Assembly (NCBI GenBank): GCA_964057225.1
Contig: OZ059899.1
Location: forward strand, 18,414,001 to 18,478,000
Direction: 5' to 3'
Origin: Auanema rhodensis
Taxonomy: Eukaryota; Animalia; Nematoda
Length of the DNA: 64,000 nt
A program made the translations under genes and the position numbers. This document shows positions 10,001 through 25,135 of this stretch, piece by piece (positions within the stretch are counted from its first letter, which is position 1; the number at the start of each line of letters is the position of its first letter). The notes under the pieces were generated by a model, which was not told the origin of the DNA, did no database searches, and saw nothing but the letters and a program-made list of their open reading frames with translations.

Positions 10001-12501
10001 ATACAACATTGAGAAACGCTTAATACAAAAGTTAGTTATGATCGTTTGAAAAATGATGCATTAGTGTATGTTGAGTTTCCATGTACACTCAACATTGCTT
10101 CCAAAAACATTTTGACAAAAATTTTTCCGAAAAATTTCAAAATAATTTTGCAAAAAGTAGATGTTTTTAGATTCCTTTTTTCAAGGCAAAGACGATGGAC
10201 AAAGTTATTCAACGAAAAAATTAATTCTGCAGGGTGAAAATCGAGGATATAAGTGTGAACTTATATCAGTTGATATCTCGGTGCATTTTTAAGCTAGCGC
10301 AAATCTGATAACACAGATCGACGCAGCTTAAAAATCCGCATCGAATGCACTATACAACATTGAGAAACGCTTAATACAAAAATTAGTTAAGATCGTTTGA
10401 AAAAAGATGCATTAGTGTATGTTGAGTTTCCATGTACACTCAACATTGCTTCCAAAAACATTTTGACAAAAATTTTTCCGAAAAATTTCGAAATAATTTC
10501 GCAGAAAGTAGATGTTTTTAAATTCCTTTTTTCAAGGCAAAGACGATGGACAATGTTATTCAACGAAAAAATTAATTCTGCAGGGTGAAAATCGAGGATA
10601 TAAGTGTGAACTTATATTAGTTGATATCTCGGTGCATTTTTAAGCTAGCGCAAATCTGATAACACAGATCGACGCAGCTTAAAAATCCGCATCGAATGCA
10701 CTATACTGCATTGAGAAACGCTTAATACAAAAGTTAGTTATGATCGTTTGAAAAATGATGCATTAGTGTATGTTGAGTTTCCATGTACACTCAACATTGC
10801 TTCCAAAAACATTTTGACAAAAATTTTTCCGAAAAATTTCAAAATAATTTTGCAAAAAGTAAATGTTTTTAGATTCCTTTTTTCAAGGCAAAGACGATGG
10901 ACAAAGTTATTCAACGAAAAAATTAATTCTGCAGGGTGAAAATCGAGGATATAAGTGTGAACTTATATCAGTTGATATCTCGGTGCATTTTTAAGCTAGC
11001 GCAAATCTGATAACACAGATCGACGCAGCTTAAAAATCCGCATCGAATGCACTATACAACATTGAGAAACGCTTAATACAAAAATTAGTTAAGATCGTTT
11101 GAAAAAAGATGCATTAGTGTATGTTGAGTTTCCATGTACACTCAACATTGCTTCCAAAAACATTTTGACAAAAATTTTTCCAAAAAATTTCAAAATAATT
11201 TCGCAAAAAGTAAATGTTTTTAGATTCCTTTTTTCAAGGCAAAGACGATGGACAATGTTATTCAACGAAAAAATTAATTCTCCAGGGTGAAAATCGAGGA
11301 TGTAAGTGTGAACTTATATCAGTTGATATCTCGGTGCATTTTTAAGCTAGCGCAAATCTGATAACACAGATCGACGCAGCTTAAAAATCCGCATCGAATG
11401 CACTATACAACATTGAGAAACGCTTAATACAAAAATTAGTTATGATCGTTTGAAAAATGATGCATTAGTGTATGTTGAGTTTCCATGTACACTCAACATT
11501 GCTTCCAAAAACATTTTTACAAAAATTTTTCCGGAAAATTTCGAAACAATTTCGCAAAAAGTAGATGTTTTTAGATTTTTTTTTCAAGGCAAAGACGATG
11601 GACAATGTTATTCAACGAAAAAATTAATTCTGCAGGGTGAAAATCGAGGATATAAGTGTGAACTTATATCAGTTGATATCTCGGTGCATTTTTAAGGTAG
11701 CGCAAATCTGATAACACAGATCGACGCAGCTTAGAAATCCGCATCGAATGCACTATACTACATCGAGAAACGCTTAATACAAAAATTAGTTATGATCGTT
11801 TGAAAAAAGATGCATTAGTGTAAGTTGAGTTTCCATGTACACTCAACATTGCTTCCAAAAACATTTTTACAAAAATTTTTCCGAAAAATTTCGAAATAAT
11901 TTCGCAGAAAGTAGATGTTTTTAAATTCCTTTTTTCAAGGCAAAGACGATGGACATTGTTATTCAACGAAAAAATTAATTCTGCAGGGTGAAAATCGAGG
12001 ATATAAGTGTGAACTTATATTAGTTGATATCTCGGTGCATTTTTAAGCTAGCGCAAATCTGATAACACAGATCGACGCAGCTTAAAAATCCGCATCGAAT
12101 GCACTATACTACATTGAAAAACGCTTAATACAAAAATTAGTTATGATCGTTTGAAAAATGATGCATTAGTGTATGTTGAGTTTCCATGTACACTCAACAT
12201 TGCTTCCAAAAACATTTTGACAAAAATTTTTCCGAAAAATTTCAAAATAATTTTGCAAAAAGTAGATGTTTTTAGATTCCTTTTTTCAAGGCAAAGACGA
12301 TGGACAAAGTTATTCAACGAAAAAATTAATTCTGCAGTGTGAAAATCGAGGATATAAGTGTGAACTTATATCAGTTGATATCTCGGTGCATTTTTAAGCT
12401 AGCGCAAATCTGATAACACAGATCGACGCAGCTTAAAAATCCGCATCGAATGCACTATACAACATTGAGAAACGCTTAATACAAAAATTAGTTAAGATCG
12501 T

Positions 12502-15500
12502 TTGAAAAAAGATGCATTAGTGTATGTTGAGTTTCCATGTACACTCAACATTGCTTCCAAAAACATTTTGACAAAAATTTTTCCAAAAAATTTCAAAATA
12601 ATTTCGCAAAAAGTAAATGTTTTTAGATTCCGTTTTTCAAGGCAAAAACGATACACAATGTTATTCAACAAAAAAATTAATTCTGCAGAATGAAAATCGA
12701 GGATATAAGTGTGAACTTATATCAGTTGATATCTCGGTGCATTTTTAAGCTAGCGCAAATCTGATAACACAGATCGACGCAGCTTAAAAATCCGCATCGA
12801 ATGCACTATACAACAGTGAGAAACGCTTAATACAAAAATTAGTTATGATCGTTTGAAAAATGATGCATTAGTGTATGTTGAGTTTCCATGTACACTCAAC
12901 ATTGCTTCCAAAAACATTTTGACAAAAATTTTTCCGAAAAATTTCAAAATAATTTTGCAAAAAGTAGATGTTTTTAGATTCCTTTTTTCAAGGCAAAGAC
13001 GATGGACAATGTTATTCAACGAAAAAATTAATTCTCCAGGGTGAAAATCGAGGATGTAAGTGTGAACTTATATCAGTTGATATCTCGGTGCATTTTTAAG
13101 CTAGCGCAAATCTGATAACACAGATCGACGCAGCTTAAAAATCCGCATCGAATGCACTATACAACATTGAGAAACGCTTAATACAAAAATTAGTTATGAT
13201 CGTTTGAAAAATGATGCATTAGTGTATGTTGAGTTTCCATGTACACTCAACATTGCTTCCAAAAACATTTTTACAAAAATTTTTCCGGAAAATTTCGAAA
13301 CAATTTCGCAAAAAGTAGATGTTTTTAGATTCCTTTTTTCAAGGCAAAGACGATGGACAATGTTATTCAACGAAAAAATTAATTCTGCAGGGTGAAAATC
13401 GAGGATATAAGTGTGAACTTATATCAGTTGATATCTCGGTGCATTTTTAAACTAGCGCAAATCTGATAACACAGATCGACGCAGCTTAAAAATCCGCATC
13501 GAATGCACTATACTACATTGAGAAACGCTTAATACAAAAATTAGTTATGATCGTTTGAAAAATGATGCATTAGTGTATGTTGAGTTTCCATGTACACTCA
13601 ACATTGCTTCCAAAAACATTTTTACAAAAATTTTTCCGAAAAATTTCGAAATAATTTCGCAGAAAGTAGATGTTTTTAGATTCCTTTTTTCAAGGCAAAG
13701 ACGATGGACATTGTTATTCAACGAAAAAATTAATTCTGCAGGGTGAAAATCGAGGATATAAGTGTGAACTTATATTAGTTGATATCTCGGTGCATTTTTA
13801 AACTAGCGCAAATCTGATAACACAGATCGACGCAGCTTAAAAATCCGCATCGAATGCACTATACTACATTGAGAAACGCTTAATACAAAAATTAGTTATG
13901 ATCGTTTGAAAAATGATGCATTAGTGTATGTTGAGTTTCCATGTACACTCAACATTGCTTCCAAAAACATTTTGACAAAAATTTTTTCGAAAAATTTCAG
14001 AATATTTTAGCAAAAAATAGTTGTTTTTAGATTCCTTTTTTCAAGGCAAAGACGATGGACAATGTTATTCAACGAAAAAATTAATTATGCAGGGTGAAAA
14101 TCGAGGATATAAGTGTGAACTTATATCAGTTGATATCTCGGTGCATTTTTAAGCTAGCGCAAATCTGATAACACAGATCGACGCAGCTTAAAAATCCGCA
14201 TCGAATGCACTATACAACAGTGAGAAACGCTTAATACAAAAATTAGTTAAGATCGTTTGAAAAAAGATGCATTAGTGTATGTTGAGTTTCCATGTACACT
14301 CAACATTGCTTCCAAAAACATTTTGACAAAAATTTTTCCAAAAAATTTCAAAATAATTTCGCAAAAAGTAAATGTTTTTAGATTCCGTTTTTCAAGGCAA
14401 AAACGATACACAATGTTATTCAACAAAAAAATTAATTCTGCAGAATGAAAATCGAGGATATAAGTGTGAACTTATATCAGTTGATATCTCGGTGCATTTT
14501 TAAGCTAGCGCAAATCTGATAACACAGATCGACGCAGCTTAAAAATCCGCATCGAATGCACTATACAACAGTGAGAAACGCTTAATACAAAAATTAGTTA
14601 TGATCGTTTGAAAAATGATGCATTAGTGTATGTTGAGTTTCCATGTACACTCAACATTGCTTCCAAAAACATTTTGACAAAAATTTTTCCGAAAAATTTC
14701 AAAATAATTTTGCAAAAAGTAGATGTTTTTAGATTCCTTTTTTCAAGGCAAAGACGATGGACAATGTTATTCAACGAAAAAATTAATTCTCCAGGGTGAA
14801 AATCGAGGATGTAAGTGTGAACTTATATCAGTTGATATCTCGGTGCATTTTTAAGCTAGCGCAAATCTGATAACACAGATCGACGCAGCTTAAAAATCCG
14901 CATCGAATGCACTATACAACATTGAGAAACGCTTAATACAAAAATTAGTTATGATCGTTTGAAAAATGATGCATTAGTGTATGTTGAGTTTCCATGTACA
15001 CTCAACATTGCTTCCAAAAACATTTTTACAAAAATTTTTCCGGAAAATTTCGAAACAATTTCGCAAAAAGTAGATGTTTTTAGATTCCTTTTTTCAAGGC
15101 AAAGACGATGGACAATGTTATTCAACGAAAAAATTAATTCTGCAGGGTGAAAATCGAGGATATAAGTGTGAACTTATATCAGTTGATATCTCGGTGCATT
15201 TTTAAACTAGCGCAAATCTGATAACACAGATCGACGCAGCTTAAAAATCCGCATCGAATGCACTATACTACATTGAGAAACGCTTAATACAAAAATTAGT
15301 TATGATCGTTTGAAAAATGATGCATTAGTGTATGTTGAGTTTCCATGTACACTCAACATTGCTTCCAAAAACATTTTTACAAAAATTTTTCCGAAAAATT
15401 TCGAAATAATTTCGCAGAAAGTAGATGTTTTTAGATTCCTTTTTTCAAGGCAAAGACGATGGACATTGTTATTCAACGAAAAAATTAATTCTGCAGGGTG

Positions 15501-16011
15501 AAAATCGAGGATATAAGTGTGAACTTATATTAGTTGATATCTCGGTGCATTTTTAAACTAGCGCAAATCTGATAACACAGATCGACGCAGCTTAAAAATC
15601 CGCATCGAATGCACTATACTACATTGAGAAACGCTTAATACAAAAATTAGTTATGATCGTTTGAAAAATGATGCATTAGTGTATGTTGAGTTTCCATGTA
15701 CACTCAACATTGCTTCCAAAAACATTTTGACAAAAATTTTTTCGAAAAATTTCAGAATATTTTAGCAAAAAATAGTTGTTTTTAGATTCCTTTTTTCAAG
15801 GCAAAGACGATGGACAATGTTATTCAACGAAAAAATTAATTATGCAGGGTGAAAATCGAGGATATAAGTGTGAACTTATATCAGTTGATATCTCGGTGCA
15901 TTTTTAAGCTAGCGCAAATCTGATAACACAGATCGACGCAGCTTAAAAATCCGCATCGAATGCACTATACTACATTGAGAAACGCTTAATACAAAAATTA
16001 GTTATGATCGT
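12502..16011. repeat. Higher-order repeat: 5-monomer unit (1755 bp) x2
   Basis: The variant order at 12502/12853/13204/13555/13906 repeats at 14257/14608/14959/15310/15661, including the rare markers atacac, tctccag, taaacta and tatgcag. Confidence 0.9.
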
Positions 16012-17063
16012 TTGAAAAATGATGCATTAGTGTATGTTGAGTTTCCATGTACACTCAACATTGCTTCCAAAAACATTTTTACAAAAATTTTTCCGGAAAA
16101 TTTCGAAACAATTTCGCAAAAAGTAGATGTTTTTAGATTCCTTTTTTCAAGGCAAAGACGATGGACAATGTTATTCAACGAAAAAATTAATTCTGCAGGG
16201 TGAAAATCGAGGATATAAGTGTGAACTTATATCAGTTGATATCTCGGTGCATTTTTAAGCTAGCGCAAATCTGATAACACAGATCGACGCAGCTTAAAAA
16301 GCCGCATCGAATGCACTATACAACATTGAGAAACGCTTAATACAAAAATTAGTTATGATCGTTTGAAAAATGATGCATTAGTGTATGTTGAGTTTCCATG
16401 TACACTCAACATTGCTTCCAAAATATTTTTACAAAAATTTTTCCGAAAAATTTCGAAACAATTTCGCAAAAAGTAGATGTTTTTAGATTCCTTTTTTCAA
16501 GGCAAAGACGATGGACATTGTTATTCAACGAAAAAATTAATTCTGCAGGGTGAAAATCGAGGATATAAGTGTGAACTTATATTAGTTGATATCTCGGTGC
16601 ATTTTTAAACTAGCGCAAATCTGATAACACAGATCGACGCAGCTTAAAAATCCGCATCGAATGCACTATACTACATTGAGAAACGCTTAATACAAAAATT
16701 AGTTATGATCGTTTGAAAAATGATGCATTAGTGTATGTTGAGTTTCCATGTACACTCAACATTGCTTCCAAAAACATTTTTACAAAAACTTTTCCGAAAA
16801 ATTTCGAAATAATTTCGCAGAAAGTAGATGTTTTTAGATTCCTTTTTTCAAGGCAAAGACGATGGACAATGTTATTCAACGAAAAAATTAATTATGCAGG
16901 GTGAAAATCGAGGATATAAGTGTGAACTTATATCAGTTGATATCTCGGTGCATTTTTAAGCTAGCGCAAATCTGATAACACAGATCGACGCAGCTTAAAA
17001 ATCCGCATCGAATGCACTATACTACATTGAGAAACGCTTAATACAAAAATTAGTTATGATCGT

Positions 17064-20000
17064 TTGAAAAATGATGCATTAGTGTATGTTGAGTTTCCAT
17101 GTACACTCAACATTGCTTCCAAAAACATTTTTACAAAAATTTTTCCGGAAAATTTCGAAACAATTTCGCAAAAAGTAGATGTTTTTAGATTCCTTTTTTC
17201 AAGGCAAAGACGATGGACAATGTTATTCAACGAAAAAATTAATTCTGCAGGGTGAAAATCGAGGATATAAGTGTGAACTTATATCAGTTGATATCTCGGT
17301 GCATTTTTAAGCTAGCGCAAATCTGATAACACAGATCGACGCAGCTTAAAAAGCCGCATCGAATGCACTATACAACATTGAGAAACGCTTAATACAAAAA
17401 TTAGTTATGATCGTTTGAAAAATGATGCATTAGTGTATGTTGAGTTTCCATGTACACTCAACATTGCTTCCAAAAACATTTTTACAAAAATTTTTCCGAA
17501 AAATTTCGAAACAATTTCGCAAAAAGTAGATGTTTTTAGATTCCTTTTTTCAAGGCAAAGACGATGGACATTGTTATTCAACGAAAAAATTAATTCTGCA
17601 GGGTGAAAATCGAGGATATAAGTGTGAACTTATATCAGTTGATATCTCGGTGCATTTTTAAGGTAGCGCAAATCTGATAACACAGATCGACGCAGCTTAG
17701 AAATCCGCATCGAATGCACTATACTACATTGAGAAACGCTTAATACAAAAATTAGTTATGATCGTTTGAAAAATGATGCATTAGTGTATGTTGAGTTTCC
17801 ATGTACACTCAACATTGCTTCCAAAAACATTTTTACAAAAACTTTTCCGAAAAATTTCGAAATAATTTCGCAGAAAGTAGATGTTTTTAGATTCCTTTTT
17901 TCAAGGCAAAGACGATGGACATTGTTATTCAACGAAAAAATTAATTCTGCAGGGTGAAAATCGAGGATATAAGTGTGAACTTATATTAGTTGATATCTCG
18001 GTGCATTTTTAAGCTAGCGCAAATCTGATAACACAGATCGACGCAGCTTAAAAATCCGCATCGAATGCACTATACTACATTGAGAAACGCTTAATACAAA
18101 AATTAGTTATGATCGTTTGAAAAATGATGCATTAGTGTATGTTGAGTTTCCATGTACACTCAACATTGCTTCCAAAAACATTTTGACAAAAATTTTTTCG
18201 AAAAATTTCAGAATATTTTAGCAAAAAATAGTTGTTTTTAGATTCCTTTTCTCAAGGCAAAGACGATGGACAATGTTATTCAACGAAAAAATTAATTCTG
18301 CAGGGTGAAAATCGAGGATTTAAGTGTGAACTTATATCAGTTGATATCTCGGTGAATTTTTAAGCTGGCGCAAATCTGATAAAACAGATCGACGCAGCTT
18401 AAAAATCCGCATCGAATGCACTATACAACATTGAGAAACGCTTAATACAAAAATTAGTTATGATCGTTTGAAAAAAGACGCATTAGTGTATGTTGAGTTT
18501 CCATGTACACTCAACATTGCTTCCAAAAACATTTTTACAAAAATTTTTCCGAAAAATTTCGAAACAATTTCGCAAAAAGTAGATGTTTTTAGATTCCTTT
18601 TTTCAAGGCAAAGACGATGGACATTGTTATTCAACGAAAAAATTAATTCTGCAGGGTGAAAATCGAGGATATAAGTGTGAACTTATATCAGTTGATATCT
18701 CGGTGCATTTTTAAGGTAGCGCAAATCTGATAACACAGATCGACGCAGCTTAAAAATCCGCATCGAATGCACTATACAACATTGAGAAACGCTTAATACA
18801 AAAATTAGTTATGATCGTTTGAAAAATGATGCATTAGTGTATGTTGAGTTTCCATGTACACTCAACATTGCTTTCAAAAACATTTTGACAAAAATTTTTC
18901 CGAAAAATTTCAAAATAATTTCCCAGAAAGTAGATGTTTTTAGATTCCTTTTTTCAAGGCAAAGACGATGGACAAAGTTATTCAACGAAAAAATTAATTC
19001 TGCAGGGTGAAAATCGAGGATATAAGTGTGAACTTATATCAGTTGATATCTCGGTGCATTTTTAAGCTAGCGCAAATCTGATAACACAGATCGACGCAGC
19101 TTAAAAAGCCGCATCGAATGCACTATACAACATTGAGAAACGCTTAATACAAAAATTAGTTATGATCGTTTGAAAAATGATGCATTAGTGTATGTTGAGT
19201 TTCCATGTACACTCAACATTGCTTCCAAAAACATTTTTACAAAAATTTTTCCGGAAAATTTCGAAACAATTTCGCAAAAAGTAGATGTTTTTAGATTCCT
19301 TTTTTCAAGGCAAAGACGATGGACAATGTTATTCAACGAAAAAATTAATTCTGCAGGGTGAAAATCGAGGATATAAGTGTGAACTTATATCAGTTGATAT
19401 CTCGGTGCATTTTTAAGCTAGCGCAAATCTGATAACACAGATCGACGCAGCTTAAAAAGCCGCATCGAATGCACTATACAACATTGAGAAACGCTTAATA
19501 CAAAAATTAGTTATGATCGTTTGAAAAATGATGCATTAGTGTATGTTGAGTTTCCATGTACACTCAACATTGCTTCCAAAAACATTTTTACAAAAATTTT
19601 TCCGAAAAATTTCGAAACAATTTCGCAAAAAGTAGATGTTTTTAGATTCCTTTTTTCAAGGCAAAGACGATGGACATTGTTATTCAACGAAAAAATTAAT
19701 TCTGCAGGGTGAAAATCGAGGATATAAGTGTGAACTTATATCAGTTGATATCTCGGTGCATTTTTAAGGTAGCGCAAATCTGATAACACAGATCGACGCA
19801 GCTTAAAAATCCGCATCGAATGCACTATACTACATTGAGAAACGCTTAATACAAAAATTAGTTATGATCGTTTGAAAAATGATGCATTAGTGTATGTTGA
19901 GTTTCCATGTACACTCAACATTGCTTCCAAAAACATTTTTACAAAAACTTTTCCGAAAAATTTCGAAATAATTTCGCAGAAAGTAGATGTTTTTAGATTC

Positions 20001-22328
20001 CTTTTTTCAAGGCAAAGACGATGGACATTGTTATTCAACGAAAAAATTAATTCTGCAGGGTGAAAATCGAGGATATAAGTGTGAACTTATATTAGTTGAT
20101 ATCTCGGTGCATTTTTAAGCTAGCGCAAATCTGATAACACAGATCGACGCAGCTTAAAAATCCGCATCGAATGCACTATACTACATTGAGAAACGCTTAA
20201 TACAAAAATTAGTTATGATCGTTTGAAAAATGATGCATTAGTGTATGTTGAGTTTCCATGTACACTCAACATTGCTTCCAAAAACATTTTGACAAAAATT
20301 TTTTCGAAAAATTTCAGAATATTTTAGCAAAAAATAGTTGTTTTTAGATTCCTTTTCTCAAGGCAAAGACGATGGACAATGTTATTCAACGAAAAAATTA
20401 ATTCTGCAGGGTGAAAATCGAGGATTTAAGTGTGAACTTATATCAGTTGATATCTCGGTGAATTTTTAAGCTAGCGCAAATCTGATAAAACAGATCGACG
20501 CAGCTTAAAAATCCGCATCGAATGCACTATACAACATTGAGAAACGCTTAATACAAAAATTAGTTATGATCGTTTGAAAAAAGACGCATTAGTGTATGTT
20601 GAGTTTCCATGTACACTCAACATTGCTTCCAAAAACATTTTTACAAAAATTTTTCCGAAAAATTTCGAAACAATTTCGCAAAAAGTAGATGTTTTTAGAT
20701 TCCTTTTTTCAAGGCAAAGACGATGGACATTGTTATTCAACGAAAAAATTAATTCTGCAGGGTGAAAATCGAGGATATAAGTGTGAACTTATATCAGTTG
20801 ATATCTCGGTGCATTTTTAAGGTAGCGCAAATCTGATAACACAGATCGACGCAGCTTAAAAATCCGCATCGAATGCACTATACAACATTGAGAAACGCTT
20901 AATACAAAAATTAGTTATGATCGTTTGAAAAATGATGCATTAGTGTATGTTGAGTTTCCATGTACACTCAACATTGCTTTCAAAAACATTTTGACAAAAA
21001 TTTTTCCGAAAAATTTCAAAATAATTTCCCAAAAAGTAGATGTTTTTAGATTCCTTTTTTCAAGGCAAAGACGATGGACAAAGTTATTCAACGAAAAAAT
21101 TAATTCTGCAGGGTGAAAATCGAGGATATAAGTGTGAACTTATATCAGTTGATATCTCGGTGCATTTTTAAGCTAGCGCAAATCTGATAACACAGATCGA
21201 CGCAGCTTAAAAATCCGCATCGAATGCACTATACTACATTGAGAAACGCTTAATACAAAAATTAGTTATGATCGTTTGAAAAATGATGCATTAGTGTATG
21301 TTGAGTTTCCATGTACACTCAACATTGCTTCCAAAAACATTTTGACAAAAATTTTTTCGAAAAATTTCAGAATATTTTAGCAAAAAATAGTTGTTTTTAG
21401 ATTCCTTTTCTCAAGGCAAAGACGATGGACAATGTTATTCAACGAAAAAATTAATTCTGCAGGGTGAAAATCGAGGATTTAAGTGTGAACTTATATCAGT
21501 TGATATCTCGGTGAATTTTTAAGCTAGCGCAAATCTGATAAAACAGATCGACGCAGCTTAAAAATCCGCATCGAATGCACTATACAACATTGAGAAACGC
21601 TTAATACAAAAATTAGTTATGATCGTTTGAAAAAAGACGCATTAGTGTATGTTGAGTTTCCATGTACACTCAACATTGCTTCCAAAAACATTTTTACAAA
21701 ACTTTTTCCGAAAAATTTCGAAACAATTTCGCAAAAAGTAGATGTTTTTAGATTCCTTTTTTCAAGGCAAAGACGATGGACATTGTTATTCAACGAAAAA
21801 ATTAATTCTGCAGGGTGAAAATCGAGGATATAAGTGTGAACTTATATCAGTTGATATCTCGGTGCATTTTTAAGGTAGCGCAAATCTGATAACACAGATC
21901 GACGCAGCTTAAAAATCCGCATCGAATGCACTATACAACATTGAGAAACGCTTAATACAAAAATTAGTTATGATCGTTTGAAAAATGATGCATTAGTGTA
22001 TGTTGAGTTTCCATGTACACTCAACATTGCTTTCAAAAACATTTTGACAAAAATTTTTCCGAAAAATTTCAAAATAATTTCCCAAAAAGTAGATGTTTTT
22101 AGATTCCTTTTTTCAAGGCAAAGACGATGGACAAAGTTATTCAACGAAAAAATTAATTCTGCAGGGTGAAAATCGAGGATATAAGTGTGAACTTATATCA
22201 GTTGATATCTCGGTGCATTTTTAAGCTAGCGCAAATCTGATAACACAGATCGACGCAGCTTAAAAATCCGCATCGAATGCACTATACAACATTGAGAAAC
22301 GCTTAATACAAAAATTAGTTAAGATCGT
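17064..22328. repeat. Higher-order repeat: 6-monomer unit (2106 bp) x2, followed by an extra copy of its last 3 monomers (1053 bp)
   Basis: 17064-19169 ~ 19170-21275 and 20223-21275 ~ 21276-22328 (markers aaaaCttt, ggatTtaag, ggtgAatt, aaagaCgc, gctTtc). Confidence 0.88.
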
Positions 22329-25135
22329 TTGAAAAAAGATGCATTAGTGTATGTTGAGTTTCCATGTACACTCAACATTGCTTCCAAAAACATTTTGACA
22401 AAAATTTTTCCGAAAAATTTCAAAATAATTTTGCAAAAAGTAGATGTTTTTAGATTCTTTTTTTCAAGGCAAAGACGATGGACAAAGTTATTCAACGAAA
22501 AAATTAATTCTGCAGGGTGAAAATCGAGGATATAAGTGTGAACTTATATCAGTTGATATCTCGGTGCATTTTTAAGGTAGCGCAAATCTGATAACACAGA
22601 TCGACGCAGCTTAAAAATCCGCATCGAATGCACTATACAACATTGAGAAACGCTTAATACAAAAATTAGTTATGATCGTTTGAAAAATGATGCATTAGTG
22701 TATGTTGAGTTTCCATGTACACTCAACATTGCTTTCAAAAACATTTTGACAAAAATTTTTCCGAAAAATTTCAAAATAATTTCCCAAAAAGTAGATGTTT
22801 TTAGATTCCTTTTTTCAAGGCAAAGACGATGGACAAAGTTATTCAACGAAAAAATTAATTCTGCAGGGTGAAAATCGAGGATATAAGTGTGAACTTGTAT
22901 CAGTTGATATCTCGGTGCATTTTTAAGCTAGCGCAAATCTGATAACACAGATCGACGCAGCTTAAAAATCCGCATCGAATGCACTATACAACATTGAGAA
23001 ACGCTTAACACAAAAATTAGTTATGATCGTTTGAAAAATGATGCATTAGTGTATGTTGAGTTTCCATGTACACTCAACATTGCTTCCAAAAACATTTTTA
23101 CAAAAATTTTTCCGAAAAATTTCAAAATAATTTTGAAAAAGTAGATGTTTTTAGATTCTTTTTTTCAAGGCAAAGACGATGGACAAAGTTATTCAACGAA
23201 AAAATTAATTCTGCAGGGTGAAAATCGAGGATATAAGTGTGAACTTATATCAGTTGATATCTCGGTGCATTTTTAAGGTAGCGCAAATCTGATAACACAG
23301 ATCGACGCAGCTTAAAAATCCGCATCGAATGCACTATACAACATTGAGAAACGCTTAATACAAAAATTAGTTATGATCGTTTGAAAAATGATGCATTAGT
23401 GTATGTTGAGTTTCCATGTACACTCAACATTGCTTTCAAAAACATTTTGACAAAAATTTTTCCGAAAAATTTCAAAATAATTTCCCAAAAAGTAGATGTT
23501 TTTAGATTCCTTTTTTCAAGGCAAAGACGATGGACAAAGTTATTCAACGAAAAAATTAATTCTGCAGGGTGAAAATCGAAGATATAAGTGTGAACTTATA
23601 TCAGTTGATATCTCGGTGCATTTTTAAGCTAGCGCAAATCTGATAACACAGATCGACGCAGCTTAAAAATCCGCATCGAATGCACTATACAACATTGAGA
23701 AACGCTTAACACAAAAATTAGTTATGATCGTTTGAAAAATGATGCATTAGTGTATGTTGAGTTTCCATGTACACTCAACATTGCTTCCAAAAACATTTTT
23801 ACAAAAATTTTTCCGAAAAATTTCGAAATAATTTCGCAAAAAGTAGATGTTTTTAGATTCCTTTTTTCAAGGCAAAGACGATGGACATTGTTATTCAACG
23901 AAAAAATTAATTCTGCAGGGTGAAAATCGAGGATATAAGTGTGAACTTATATTAGTTGATATCTCGGTGCAATTTTAAGCTAGCGCAAATCTGATAACAC
24001 AGATCGACGCAGCTTAAAAATCCGCATCGAATGCACTATACTACATTGAGAAACGCTCAATACAAAAATTAGTTATGATCGTTTGAAAAATGATGCATTA
24101 GTGTATGTTGAGTTTCCATGTACACTCAACATTGCTTCCAAAAACATTTTGACAAAAATTTTTTCGAAAAATTTCAGAATATTTTAGCAAAAAATAGTTG
24201 TTTTTAGATTCCTTTTCTCAAGGCAAAGACGATGGACAATGTTATTCAACGAAAAAATTAATTCTGCAGGGTGAAAATCGAGGATTTAAGTGTGAACTTA
24301 TATCAGTTGATATCTCGGTGAATTTTTAAGCTAGCGCAAATCTGATAAAACAGATCGACGCAGCTTAAAAATCCGCATCGAATGCACTATACAACATTGA
24401 GAAACGCTTAATACAAAAATTAGTTATGATCGTTTGAAAAAAGACGCATTAGTGTATGTTGAGTTTCCATGTACACTCAACATTGCTTCCAAAAACATTT
24501 TTACAAAAATTTTTCCGAAAAATTTCGAAACAATTTCGCAAAAAGTAGATGTTTTTAGATTCCTTTTTTCAAGGCAAAGACGATGGACATTGTTATTCAA
24601 CGAAAAAATTAATTCTGCAGGGTGAAAATCGAGGATATAAGTGTGAACTTATATCAGTTGATATCTCGGTGCATTTTTAAGGTAGCGCAAATCTGATAAC
24701 ACAGATCGACGCAGCTTAAAAATCCGCATCGAATGCACTATACAACATTGAGAAACGCTTAATACAAAAATTAGTTATGATCGTTTGAAAAATGATGCAT
24801 TAGTGTATGTTGAGTTTCCATGTACACTCAACATTGCTTTCAAAAACATTTTGACAAAAATTTTTCCGAAAAATTTCAAAATAATTTCCCAAAAAGTAGA
24901 TGTTTTTAGATTCCTTTTTTCAAGGCAAAGACGATGGACAAAGTTATTCAACGAAAAAATTAATTCTGCAGGGTGAAAATCGAGGATATAAGTGTGAACT
25001 TATATCAGTTGATATCTCGGTGCATTTTTAAGCTAGCGCAAATCTGATAACACAGATCGACGCAGCTTAAAAATCCGCATCGAATGCACTATACAACATT
25101 GAGAAACGCTTAATACAAAAATTAGTTAAGATCGT

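Larger units (their letters stand above)
1..12501. repeat. Left variant domain, marked by gtgtaAgttg and ctgcagTgtg monomers, with irregular higher-order structure
   Basis: gtAag monomers occur at 569, 3377, 4781, 6536, 8993 and 11800. Each is followed by a cagTgtga monomer. I saw neither marker after ~12.4 kb. Confidence 0.8.

Noticed and set aside
11450-11695. Longer 81-aa ORF
   Set aside because: It results from a 1-bp loss in a T homopolymer (~11580) that shifts the spurious frame.
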